NCBI GenBank assembly: GCA_951406725.2
Contig: OX597828.1
Coordinates: forward strand, 59,768,001-59,832,000
DNA length: 64,000 nucleotides
Direction of reading: 5' to 3'
From: Octopus vulgaris
Lineage: Eukaryota
The translations under genes were made by a program, and so were the position numbers. Below the pieces are notes generated by a model. It searched no databases, was not told the DNA's origin, and saw only the letters and a program-made list of their open reading frames with translations. Positions 25,801-39,530 of this stretch are shown here, one piece after another. The first letter of the stretch is position 1. Every line of letters starts with the position of its first letter.

Positions 25801-27351
25801 AGGTTTAGGTAATCCAGCGGCATGTAATTCAGGGGCAGGTAATACAGGGGTATGTAATTCAGGGGCATGTAATTCAGATGAAAGGTAATTGAGGGGCAGG
25901 TAATCTAGATGCAGGTATTTCAGGGGCATGTCATTCACGGGCAGGTAATTTAGGGATAGATAATTCAGAGGCATGTCATTCAGGGGCAGGTCATTGAGGT
26001 GCATGTAATTAAGTGGCATGTAATTGAGTGGCAGGTAATTCGGGGCCATGTAATTCAGGTGTTTGTAATTCAGGGGCAGGTAATTCAGGGGAAGTTAATT
26101 CAGGGTCAGGTTATTCAGGGGCAGGTAATCCAGGGTTAAGTAAGGGGTATGTAATTCAGAGCATGGTAATTCAGAGGCAGGTAATTGAGGGGCATGTAAT
26201 TAAGGTGCATGTAATTCAGGTGCATGTAATTCAGGGGCTTGTAATTGAGGTGCAGGTAATTGAGGGGCATGTAATTCAGGTGTATGTAATTGAGGTGCAT
26301 GTAATTCATGGGTGGGTAATTCAGAGGAATGTAATTCAGGGGTAATTCAGGGAAGGTAATTTAGAGGATTGTCATTCAGGGTTAGGTAATCCAGTGGCAT
26401 GTAATTCATGGGCTTGTAATTCAGAGGAGAGGTTATTCAGGGGCATGTAATTCAAGGGCAGGTAATCTAGGTGCAGGTAAATCAGGGGCTGGTAATTTAG
26501 GGATAGATAATTCAGAGGCATGTCATTAAGGGGCAGGTCATTCAGGTGCATGTAATTAAGAGGCATGTAATTGAGGGGCAGGTAATTGAGGGGCATGTAA
26601 TTCAGGGGCAGGTAATTCAGGTTCAGGTAATTTAGGGGCATGTCATTCACGGGCAGGTAATTCCGGGGCAGGTAATTTAGGGATAGTTAATTGAGGGGCA
26701 TATCATTCAGGGTCAGGTCATTCATGTGCATGTAATTAAGAGGCATGTAATTGAGGAGCAGGTAATTCAGGGGCATCTAATTCAGGGGTATGTAATTCAG
26801 GGGCAGGTAATTCAGGGGCATATAATTCAGGGGCATGTAATTCAGGGGCAGGTAATTCAGGTGTATGTAATTCAGGGGCAGGTAATTTAGAGGAATGTCA
26901 TTCATTGGCAGATAATTCAGGGACATGTAATTCAGGGGAAGGTAATTGAGGGGCAGGTAATTCAGGTGCATGTAATTCAGGGACATGTAACTCAGGGGCA
27001 GGTAATTCAAGTGCAGGTAATACAGGGGCATGTAATTAAGGGGCAGGAAATTCAGGGCCATGTAATTCAGGGCCATGTAATTAAGGAGCAGGTAATTGAG
27101 GGGCAGTTAATTCAGGGGCAGGAAATTCAGGGGCATGTAATTCGGGCATGTAATTCATGGGCAAGGTAATCCAGGGGCAGGTAATGCAGCGGTTGGTAAT
27201 TTAGAGGAATGTCATTCAGGGGAAGGTAATTGAGGGGCAGGTAATTCAGGTGCATGTAATTTAGGGACATGTAACTCAGGTGCAGGTAATTCAAGGGCAG
27301 GCAATACAGGGTCATGTAATTCAGGTGCATGTAATTCAGGGCCACGTAATT
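22847..27351 (+). repeat. 15-bp tandem satellite (gtaattcaggggca[t/g]), ~300 units, with higher-order structure
   Basis: A GTAATT anchor recurs every 15 bp. The array translates as (PLNYM/L)n on the minus strand and (VIQGH/Q)n on the plus strand. Confidence 0.95.
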
Positions 27352-27977
27352 ACCTCCCTTAAGTAGTTATCTCCCTTAAGTAGTTATCTCCCTTAAGTAT
27401 GTAGTTATCGTAATATACGCTTTGTCGCTCTGATACTCTTTCTGTTATTTCACTGCGACCATGGTGGAGCACCGCCTTTAGTGAAGGAAATCAACCCCAG
27501 GAATTATTCTTTGTATGCCTATTACTTAATGCATAGGTCTCTTTTGCAGAACCGAAAAGTTACGGGGACGTAATGTTCGATATACTTATTTAGTAGGTAT
27601 TTATTTATTGTAAGAATTTCAATTATCATAAATTATGGGCTAGGAAAAATACTAGAAACTTTTTTGATATACCTATTGGGGCTCCTTGTGTGTGTGGGAC
27701 TGTTTTTATTTATGTGAGTGTGGGTATTTTCATTTCAGTGTTTGTGTGTGAGTGTTTTTATTTCTGTGTGCGCGAGTGTGTGAGCGACTGAGTGTTTCTA
27801 TTTGTTTGTGTGTGTACGTCACTTACAACTACAACGAGCACTTCGACCATTTGTAAGATACCCACATTTGTGATCACTAAATACTAAATCAAAATAAGTC
27901 AATTTATTGCACCTTTATATATACACACACACACACACATGTATGTGTTTGTGTATTTATATGTCGTATATAGCGTC

Positions 27978-28024
<47 letters not shown>

Positions 28025-28183
28025 CGAATATACGTGAATATACCAACACACGTATATGTAGTATCTAAAACAAAAAAGAAACTGTAAGGGATGGAATGGG
28101 AGTTCATTCCGTTTTATTAAGAAAACTTGCATCTGTATGTGTGATAGTACGTGCGTGCATTCTCGTGTGCCCTTCGAGTGCGA

Positions 28184-28216
<33 letters not shown>

Positions 28217-31151
28217 TTTAAACATATATACGACGAGATTCTATCAGTTTCCTTCCACTAAATCCCATCACAAGGATTAGCTAGGCCCTGGGCTACAATA
28301 GTAGACAATTGCAGAAGATGACAGGCAGTGGGAGTGAACCCGAAACCATGTGGTTCGTAAGCAAACTACTTACAACAGCCATTCCTACGTCGATATTCAT
28401 ATATACGACGGCTTCTTTCAGTTTCCCTCTACAAACTCCACTCAGAATACATTGGTCGGCCCTAGGCTATAGTCGAATACACTTGCCGAAGGTGCAACGC
28501 TGTTGGTTTGAACTTGGCACATTGCGGTTCATGAGCAATCATTCTCACAGAAATGTGCGCACAAACAGACACAGAATGTCACGGTTTAAAGGTCAACATG
28601 TTTAAAACATAAATAGCTACGAGTTTGCGTATATGCATGTATCTATGTGCCTGGGTGCGGACGTGTGTTTCCAGAATGTCTCAGTTTTAAGGTCAACATA
28701 TTTAAAACAAATAGGTACGAGATTGCGTCTTTGCATGTATCTATATTCGTGGGTGCGGACGTGTGAGTGTTTGTGCGTGTGTGAGCACAGTCCACCTATA
28801 CCCAAGCTGGTTGCATTGTCTCATAAGAACCAGCCGTGAAAGTTCCGGACCACATTAATGAACTCATTTGCATACAAACAATTAGTTCTCGCCTTGAACT
28901 TGTCCGGTTAACAAACAGTAGTGTCTGAATGGGAATTAGCTTGCTTACCTAACAAATGTTTTCGAGTTCAGTCCCACTGGGTGGCATGTTGGGCAAATGT
29001 CTTCTACTATAGTCTCGGGCCAACCAAAGCCTTGTGAGTGGATTTGGGTGGCGGAAACTAAAAGAAGACTGTCGTATGTATATATATATATATATATATA
29101 TGTAGCAGTAAGAGTGGCTACGTAGCTTGCTTTCCAAACACGGTGTTTCTGGTTCTGTCCAACTACGTGGCCCCATGGGCAAGTGTCTTCCAATATAACC
29201 TCGGACAGACCAACGTTTCTGAGTAGATTTGGTACACGGAAACAGAAAGTAGCCCGTGGTATATAGATAGGTATATATATATCTATATATATAAAGAGAG
29301 AGAGAGAGAGACATAAGTATATATTGACAGATGTATGTATATACGTATAGATATTTAAGCATATATGGGATGGCCATAATGGGACATCCGACTCACTAGA
29401 GAGAGCAGTTAAACTCCAAAAAATCGTAAAATCTATGTCATGTCTGAATAATATATTCGAAAGTTACTTCCTCTTGCTCATTATAATTTATTAAAAGTAA
29501 TATAAATATATGTAAGGAAAGTAACTCTGGAAGATGTTATCTAGTTATCTCCCTTCCGAGAGTTAATTTCCTTAAATATTTTTTATTGTTAAATTATAAT
29601 ATTCAAGGGAAGTAACTGTAGAAGATACTTTGTAGTTATGAGCCTTAAGTATGTAGTTATCGTAATATACGCTTTGTCGCTCTTAGACTCTTTCAGTTAT
29701 TTCACTGTGACCATGGTGGAGCACCGCCTTTAGTGAAGCAAATCAACCCCAGGAATTATTCTTTGTATGCCTATTACTTAATGTATAGGTCTCTTTTGCA
29801 GAACCGATAAGTTACGGGGACGTACAACCCCAGGAATTATTCTTTGTATGCCTATTACTTAATGTATAGGTCTCTTTTGCAGAACCGATAAGTTACGGGG
29901 ACGTAATGTTCGATATACTGATTTAGTAGGTATTTATTTATCGTAAGAATTTCAATTATCATAAATTATGGGCTAGGAAAAATACTAGAAACTTTTTTGA
30001 TAGACCTATTGGGGCTCCTTGTGTGTGTGGGACTGTTTTTATTTATGTGAGTGTGGGTATTTTCATTTCAGTGTTTGTGTGTGTGTGTGAGTGTTTCTGT
30101 GTGCACGAGTGTGTGAGCGACTGAGTGTTTCTATTTGTGTGTTGTGCGACACTTACAACTACAACAAACACATTGACCATTTGTAAGATACCCACATTTG
30201 AGATCACTAACTACTAAATCAAAATAAGTTCAATTTATTGCACCTTTAGTGGCTTCAGATGTTGCTCATATTTTTCCCATGTGTCGTCAATGTATTAATT
30301 TCACAAGTGGATGACAGAAATTCTAATACTGGCATGGAGGGAGCTGATATTCTAACTGCGAGTGCAAAGCACCCAATGCCCCTCTACATTTTGAATAAAT
30401 TGTATGTTTATGCTAGTTAGGGTTTTATGTGTGGATGTGTAACTGCGTTTTCATTTCTGTGTGTGGGTGCGTATGTTTGTGTGTGACTATTTTCATTTCT
30501 ATTCGTGTGTGTGCATGTGTAGGTATGTAACTGTTTTCATTTCAGTGTTTGTGTTTGTGTGAATGTTTTTATTTCTGTGTATACGTGTGTGTGAGCGTCT
30601 GTTTGTATGCGACAATTACAGCTACAACATACACTTTAAGCATCTCTAAGATACCCACATTTGCAGATCCCTAAGTTCTAAATGAAAAGAAGTTCAATTG
30701 CACCTTTGGTGACTCCAGATTTGCGAGTGTTAAGCACCCCGTATCTACATACCTGGATCGGCCATAATTGGCCTCATTCTGAGATCTCTCGGGTGTGGAA
30801 TATTTATGACTATAGAAGTTAACTTGTTACAGGTTTTGTTTTTGGCTCAACTTTTGTAGATTTTGGGAAGTCCATAGATGTTACTGGCTTTGCAGTCAAA
30901 TCTAGTCAAGCAATTTGTCTCCTTTTTTGTTAAACCGTGTTGGAACTGGTGGATAAGAGTAGACAGTTTGGTCATTATCTTCGATTGACTGTAGTTGTTG
31001 ATGCTTTTAACCGATGCTGGTGTGTTTTACTCGCTATATTTTAGCGGTTCGGCAAAAGAGAACAAGTTAGAATAAATACTAGGCTTACAAAGAATATGTG
31101 CTGCGGACGATGTGCTCGATTAAAGGCGGCGCTCCAGTATATATATATATA

Positions 31152-31192
<41 letters not shown>

Positions 31193-33809
31193 CAGATATA
31201 CGTATATATACCCACACACGCATATATATATAATCTAAAACAAAAAAGAAACTGGATTATGTCCGAAGAGTAGTACTAGATAACATTATTACTTTATATA
31301 TTCGTGGGGTGTAGTGAAATATAAATGATCAGCTAGTCAATGTTTATTTGTTAAAGGTACCAGCAGATTACTTGGATGTGTATGTGTCTCTGTTGGTGTG
31401 CGCATGGTCGTGTCTCCTTTCGCTATTACAGAAATTACAATATGAAACGTATTATATGACGTTTAGGAGATATTTTCAGCTATCTCCCTAGTGAACAGGT
31501 TAAATAATTTTGTCGCTATTTACTCTTTTACTCTCATTTACTTGTTTCAATAATTTAACTGGCCATGCTGAAACAACACCTTCAGTCGAGCATATCGACC
31601 CCAGGACTTATTCTTTGTAGGCCTAGTTCTTATTCTAACAGTCTCTTTCGCTGAACCTCTAAGTTATGGGGTCCTAGACATATATACACACACACACACA
31701 TGTATATAAAAGTACGTAGTCGCACACACAAATGGAAATACACACATCTAACCCTAACCCAGTTTTATCTCCCTTTGGCATTTAAACTTAAATATAAAAA
31801 TGAATCTCAAACCAAGGAAAGTAACTCCCTCTACATCTCTTACTTGACAAGAGTTACATCCGTTGATTGATACTAATATAATTTAACATTAAGATACGTA
31901 AATAGTGTTTGAATAATAATAGGCTGGAATGGATTAGGGTTAGATTTAGGTTTAGAAGACAATTGGACAAGATGCGAGGCAGTGGGAATGAAACTGAACC
32001 CATGTGGTTCGTAGGCAAACTACTTACCACATAGCCTTTCCTGCGCCGATATTCATATATACGACGGGATTCTTTCAGTTTCCCTCTACCAACCCTACTC
32101 AGAATACATTGGTCGGCCCGGGGGTATAGTTGAATACACTTGCCGAAGGTGCCACGCTGTTGGATTGAACCCAGCACATTGAGGTTGGTGAGCAAACACT
32201 CTCACACATGCGCGAGCGCAAACAGACACAGAGATGAAAGCACACATATTGGCTGACCCAGACACACATAAAATTTCTTCAGAGTGTCACGGTTTTAAAG
32301 TCAACTTATTGAAAACATAAAATAGCTTTGCATGTATCTATGTGCATGAGTGCGGAAGTGTGGGTATTTGTGCGTGTGTGAGCACAGTCCACACATACCC
32401 AAGGTTGTCGCATCGGCTAATGTGACCCAACCGCGAAAGTCTGTTTTACCCAGACATACACATACAGATATACGTGTATATACCCATGCACGTATTTGTA
32501 GTGTCTAAAACAAAAAGTAAACTAAGGGATGGAACGGGAGTTCTTTCCGTTTTATTAAGAAAACTTGCATCTGTATGTGTGATAGTACGTGCGTGCATTC
32601 TCGTGTGCCCTTCGAGTGCGAACAAACACACACACGCACACATTTAAACATATATACGATGGTATTTTTTCATTTTCCTTCCACTAAATCCAATCACAAG
32701 GATTAGGTCGGCCTTGGGGTACAGTAGTAGACAATTGCATAAGATGACAGGCAGTGGGAGTGAACAGCAAACCATGTGGTTCGCAAGCAAACTACTTTAC
32801 AACATAGCCATTGCTACGCCGATATTCATATATACGACGGCTTCTTTCAGTTTCCCTCTACACACTCCACTCAGAATACTTTGGTCGGCCCAAGGCTATA
32901 GTTGAATACACTTGCCGAAGGTGCAACGCTGTTGGTTTGAACTCATTGCATTGCGTTTCGTGAGCAATCATTGTCACAGAAATGCGTGCACAGACACAGA
33001 ATATCACGGTTTAAAGGTCATGTTTAAAACATAAATAGCTACGAGTTTGCATACATGCATGTCTCTATGTGCATGGTTGCGGACGTGTGTTTCCAGAATG
33101 TCGCAGTTTTAAGGTCAACTTAAGAGAGAGAGAGAGAGAGAGAGACATAAGTATCTATTGACAGATTTATGTATATACATTTAGATATTTAAACATGTAA
33201 GGGATGGCCATAATGGGACATCCGACTCACTAGAGAGATCAGTTAATCTCCAAAATAGCGTAAAAGATTGTCATGTTGAATAATATTTTCGAGAGTTATT
33301 TTCCCTGGATATTATAAGTTAAATAAAAGTAGTAAAATTATATGTAAGGAACGTAACTCTGGAAGATGTTATCTAGTTATCTCCCTTCCGAGAGTTAATT
33401 TCCTTAAATATTATTTTATTATTGTTAAATTTTAATATCTAAGGGAAGTAACTGTAGAAGATACTTCGTAGTTATTTCCCTTAAGTACGTAGTTATCGTA
33501 ATATAGACTTTTTCGCTCTTTGACTCTTTCATGGTGGAGCACCGCCTTTAGTCAAACAAATCAACCCCAGTAATTATTCTTTGTATGCCTATTACATAAC
33601 GTATAGGTCTCTTTTGCAGAACCGATAAGTTACGGGGACGTAATGTTCGATGTACTGATTTAGTAGGTATTTATTTACTGTTAGATCTTCAATTATCATA
33701 CATTATGGGCTAGGAAAATATTAGAAACTTTTTTGATATACATATTAGGGCTCCTTGTGTGTGTGGGACTGTTTTTATTTATGTGAGTGTGGGTATTTTC
33801 ATTTCAGTG

Positions 33810-33852
<43 letters not shown>

Positions 33853-34249
33853 TGAGTGCTTTTTTCTGTGTGCGCGAGTGTGTGAGCGACTGAGTGTTTC
33901 TATTTGTTTGTGTGTATGCGACACTTACAAATGCAACAAGCACTTTGACCATTTCTAAGATACCCACATTTGAGATCAATAAGTACTTATTCAAAATAAG
34001 TTCAATTTGTTGCACCTTTAGTGACTTGAGATGTTGCTCATATTTTTCCCATGTGTCGTCAATGTATTAATTTCACAAGTGGATGACAGAAATTCTAATA
34101 CTGGCGTGGAGGGGGCTGATATTCTAACTGCGAGTTCAAAGCACCCATTGCCTCTTTACTTTCTGAATAAATTGTATGTTTGTGCTAGTTACGGTTAGGG
34201 TTTTGTGTGAGTGTGTAACTGCGTTTTCATTTCTGTGTGTGGGTGCTTA

Positions 34250-34284
<35 letters not shown>

Positions 34285-35041
34285 ATGTTAGTGTGTGAGA
34301 GTTTGGATGTGTTACCGTATTTTCCATTTCTATTTGTTTGTGTCTGTGTTTGTGCATGTGTAGGTATGTAACTGATTTCATTTCTGTGTTTGTCCGCGTG
34401 TTTGAGTGTGTGAATATGTATCTGTATTTTTATTTGTGTGTTTGTCTTTGTGCGTATGTGAGTGTTTTTGTGAGAATTTTTTTTCAGTGTTTGTGTGCGT
34501 GGGACTTTTTATATGTGTGTGTGTTGCTATTTTCATTTCAGTGTCTGTGTTTGTGTGAATGTTTTTATTTTTGTGTGTACGTGTGTGTGAGCGACTGTTT
34601 TTATTCGTTTTATTTCTGTGTATACGTGTGTGTGAGCGGATGTTTGTATGCGACAATTACAGCTACAACAAACACTTTAAGCATCTCCAAGATACCCACA
34701 TTTGCAGATCCCTAAGTTCTAAATGAAAAGAAGTTCAATTTATTGCACCTTTAGCGACTTCAGATTTGCGAGTGTTAAGCATCCAATGCCTCCCGTATCT
34801 ACATACCTGGATTGGCCATAATTGGCCTCATTCGGATATCTCTCGGGTGTGGAATATTTATAACTATAGAAGTTAACTTGTTACAGGTTTTGTTTATGGC
34901 TTAACTTTTGTAGATTTTGGGAAGTTCATAGATGTTACTAGCTTTGCAGTGAAATCTAGTCAAGCAATTTGTCTCCTTTTCTGTTAAATCCTGTTGGAAC
35001 TGGTGGATCAGAGTAGACAGTTTGGTCATTACCTTCGAACA

Positions 35042-35115
<74 letters not shown>

Positions 35116-38100
35116 TGTTTATACATATAGATATTTATATATATGTACATGCGTGTATGATTCGATGTCCCCAAAACCGCTTGACAAGCGATGCCGGTGA
35201 TTTTTACACTCCATCAACTTATCCGTTCGGGAAAAGAAGACCAACAGAATAAATACTAGACTGATGTAGGATAAAATTCTTTGTGTCGATTTGCTCAAGA
35301 AAAGGATGTGCTCCAGCATGGGCACGGTGAAATGACTTAACCAGGAAATGAGTAAAAGTAAATGTAAGGGAAGGAAGATTTTTCTAGTTATCTCCCTTTC
35401 CAGAGTTACTCCCCTTTCTTTTTATTAGTAATTAAATTATAATATGCAAGGTAAGTAACTCTACAAAGGAAGATAACTCCAAAATCTTCCAGGGTTACTT
35501 CCCTCACATATACTGATAATTGTTAAATATACTAGGCAAGGGATGTAACTCTAGAAAGGGAGATAATTACAAAATCTTCCAGAGTTACTTCCCTTACATG
35601 TATCCGTCTTTGTGTACGTGAAACTGTTTTTATTTTTGTGTGTGTGAGTGTCGGTAGTTTCATTTCAGTGTTTGTGTTTGTGTGATTGTTTTTATTTCTG
35701 TGTGTATGTGTGTGTGAACCTATGTGCGTTTTTATCCGTTTGTGTCTGTGCGACATTTACAGCTACAACAAACACTTTAAGCATCTCCAAGATACCCACA
35801 TTTGCAGATCCCTAAGTTCTAAATGAAAAGAAGTTCAATTTATTACACCTTTAGCGACTTCAGATTTGTGAGTATTAAGCATCCAATGCCTCCCGTATCT
35901 ACATACCTGGATTGGCCATAATTGGCCTCATTCGGATATCTCTCGGGTGTGGAATATTTATAGCTTAACTTTTGTAGATTTTGGGAAGTTCATAGATGTT
36001 ACTGGCTTTGCAGTGAAATCTAGTCAAGCAATTTGTCTGGTTTTTTGTTTAATCGTGTTGGAACTGGTGGATAAGAGTAGACAGTTTGGTCATTACCTTC
36101 GAACGACTGTAGCTGTTTTCCTCCCTGTATTTTAGCGGTTCGGCAAAAGAGAATAAGTTAGAATAAAATACTAGGCTTACAAAGAAGTGCTGCGGACGAT
36201 GTGATCGACTAAAGGCGGCGCTCCAGTATTTATATATATATATGTATATATACTTACAGATATACGTGTATATACCCACATACGCATATATACTATATAA
36301 AACAAAAAAGAAACTTGATTATGTCATTATTACTTTATTACAGATATTACAACATGAAACGTATTATATGACGTTAGGGAAGTAACTCTAGGAGATATTT
36401 TCTGCGATCTCCCTAGTGAACAGGTCATGGACTTTTCTCGTTATTTACTCTTTTACTCTCATTTACTTGTTTCAGTCATTTGACTGTGGCCATGTTGGAG
36501 CACGACCTTTAGTCGAGCATATCGACCCCAGGACTTATTCATTGTAGGCCTAGTGCTTATTCTATCAGTCTCTTTCGCTGAACCTCTAAGTTATGGGGAC
36601 GTGAACAGACTAGCATCCGTTGTGTAGCAATGTTTGGGAACAAAGACACACACGCACACATAAACATATATATGACTGGAGTTTTCCCGTTTCCTTCCAC
36701 CAAATCCAATCACAAGACTTTGGTCGGCTCGTGGCTATAGTAGATTTTTCAAACGATGCTGGTGTGTTTTCCTCCCTGTATTTCAGCGGCTCGGCAGAAA
36801 AGAATAAGAATAAATACTAGGCTTAGAAAAAATAAGTGCTGCTGACGATGTACTCGAAGAAGATAGATTGGTATATATATATATATATATATATCTAAGT
36901 AATTAATTAATAAGGGTGAGAGAATTAGATACTAATTTAATAGTATATCTATTCTACACCAAGTGGCCTAGTGCTCCGAGAAACCTGGATTATTATAATA
37001 TTTTATAATATATTATAATATTTTTACAAAATAAATATAAGAGAGTGGTCACATAGTGACCACTCTCTTATATTTATATATCTAAGTATATATTTATAAA
37101 GATATATCAGATATATATAAACTTAGATAAACTTAGATGTGTTTCGACCAAAGATTGGTCCAGGCCATGTCTAACTTAATAGCACCACCTGATAGGATTA
37201 TTCGAATCCTGGTTAAGTCAAGTTTTGTTCAAGTAGTGAGTTCTTGTTGGGTGAGTTGTATCCAGTTTTGTTCAAGTAGTGACTTCTTGTTTGGTGCGTT
37301 GTATCCAATTATGGGTGGCTTATCTGGTATTCTTTGAAGGAATCTATCCAGACTCTGTTTAAAGTTGATGGGATCCTTTTCCTCTTTGATCTCTCTCGGG
37401 GAAAATGTTCAATAGGGCAGGGCCTGTTAAGGAAAAGAAATTATGTTGTAGTGTACATGTATGTTGTGATCTTGAATTGGGCAGGGGACGTATAGCACGT
37501 GGTCCAAGTCTTGGATGAACCTTGAAGCTAATGTTTAGGTCGTTTGGGCATAGTTGGCGGTATATTTTCCACATCGTACAAATGATGTACCGCTCACGGC
37601 GACGCTGGAGGTAGTAAAGTTTCAAGGCTTTAAGGCGATCCCAATAATTGAGAGAAGCCATGCCTTCAATTCGTTTAGTGAATGCCCTCTGGGGTGACTC
37701 AATTCTGGAGATGTTTAGTCTTGTGTGAGGAGACCACAGTGGGCAGCAGTATTCAAGTTGTGGCCGTACAAAGGAGGAAAAAAGTGGTATGATGACACCT
37801 TGTTCTCTGGACCGGAAAGTTCTTAAGATCCAGGAACTCATCCTACGAGCTATATCGACCTTCTTGTTGATGTGTGCACTCCAACTGAGATCGTCATCAA
37901 CAATTACACCCAGTTCTCTGATATTGTTAGAGGCTGTGAGCGGTTCCCCTGAAGGAAGAGAGTATGGCTGTTTTAGTGAGGAGTTTCTTCCAAAATGCAT
38001 CAGCTCAAATTTTCCCTCGTTTCGTTGCATTTTGTTTCTGTTTGCCCATTGACTCACAGCATATAGATCAGACTGGAGTTGAGGTCTGCTTCTTCATTGA

Positions 38101-39530
38101 CGATTTGCTGGAGCTTGGTGTCATCTGCAAATATTTTCACTTTGCAGTAATGTACGACACTGGAAAGGTCGTTTATGTAGATTATGAAGAGTAGCGGACC
38201 CAATAGATTATGAAGAGTAGCGGACCCAAGACAGTCCTCTGGGGGACACCGCTGGTGACTTTTGCTGGGCTTGAGTGGACTCCATCAACTACAACATGTG
38301 TTGTATTCGCCAGGAAATACTTGATCCAGTGTAGAACTTTTCCACGGATTCCAACATTTGCCAATTTTGAGAGTAGGATATTATGGTCTACCCTGTCGAA
38401 CGCTTTACTGAAGTCAAGATATATGACATCAGAGTTCGAACCTGTTCCCAAGGCTTTGAGTACATCTTCAATGTGGTGTAAGAGCTGTGTTAGACAGTCC
38501 CTGCCACAGCGAACGCCATGCTGATTGGCATATAGGAGTTTCTGGGTCTCCAGGAAGTCAGCCATCCTTGATCTTAAAACCCTTTCAAACACTTTGATGA
38601 TGTGGGAGGTGAGTGAGATTGGGCGATAGTTGAGTGCGAGGGATCTGTTTCCCTGTTTGAAAACCGGGATGACTGACTGGGATAGAAACTGTTTTGGTAT
38701 ATACCTGCATCTAACGAATTTCTCCAGAGGTTGGTCAGTGGGACTGCAAGTTGGTGTTTACATTCCTTCAGGAGACTAACGGGGATTCTATCAGGGCCTA
38801 CAGCAGAGTAGTATTTGACCTCATTTATTGCTGCTATGATGTCAGAGGGAGTGAAGGTTATGTCTGCAATTTTGTGTTGGGAGTCATCTTCGTTCGCTTC
38901 TCTTACGTCAATATCAGTGGGAGCACTAAAGACAGCAGTATTGTTTCTGCAATATATATAGAGCAACATGTATATACATATAGATATTTATATATATGTA
39001 TATATGTGTGTGTTTCGATGGCCCGAAAACCGTTTCACAAGCGATGCCGGTGATTTTTACACTCCATCAACCTATCCGTTCGGGAAAAGAAGACCAACAG
39101 AATAAATACTAGACTGACGTAGATAAAAGTACTAGTGTCGATTTGCTCTAGAAAAGGCTGTGCTCCAGCATGGGCACAGTGAAATGACTAAACAAGGAAA
39201 GGAGTAAAAGTGTATGCGTTACGTCTGAACATTATATTGTAGAGTTAATCAGCTTCCATAACATTTTGATAATAGTCGTTATTTAATGAAATGTAAGGGA
39301 GGCAACTTTTGAATTTTATTTTAGTTATCTCCCTTTCTAGAGTTACTCCCCTCGAACATTTCAATTTAATAATACATAATAGTAATTTTATTAGATGTAA
39401 GGGAGGTAACTCTGGAAGATCTTTTAGTTATCTTTCTTTCTAGAGTTACTCCCCTCGAACATTTCAATTTAATAATACATAATAGTAATTTAATTAGATG
39501 TATGGGAGGTAACTCTGGAAGATCTTTTAG
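27352..39530. repeat. Large composite repeat unit, copy 2
   Basis: Largely colinear with copy 1, but lacks the 4340-5781 LINE, the internal ~4.5-kb duplication and the 16571-18640 insertion cluster. Confidence 0.85.
37225..38950 (-). pseudogene. Decayed CR1-like LINE RT, copy 2
   Basis: Contains YLDFSKAFDRVDH, SGVPQRTVLGP and RPQLEYCCPLWSP. A 26-bp tandem duplication at ~38178-38228 breaks the frame. It is a paralog of 18794-20450. Confidence 0.9.

Noticed and set aside
22909-27345. Pentapeptide-repeat proteins (PLNYM / VIQGH ORFs)
   Set aside because: These are translations of a 15-bp satellite with frequent frameshifts and stops, and no gene structure.
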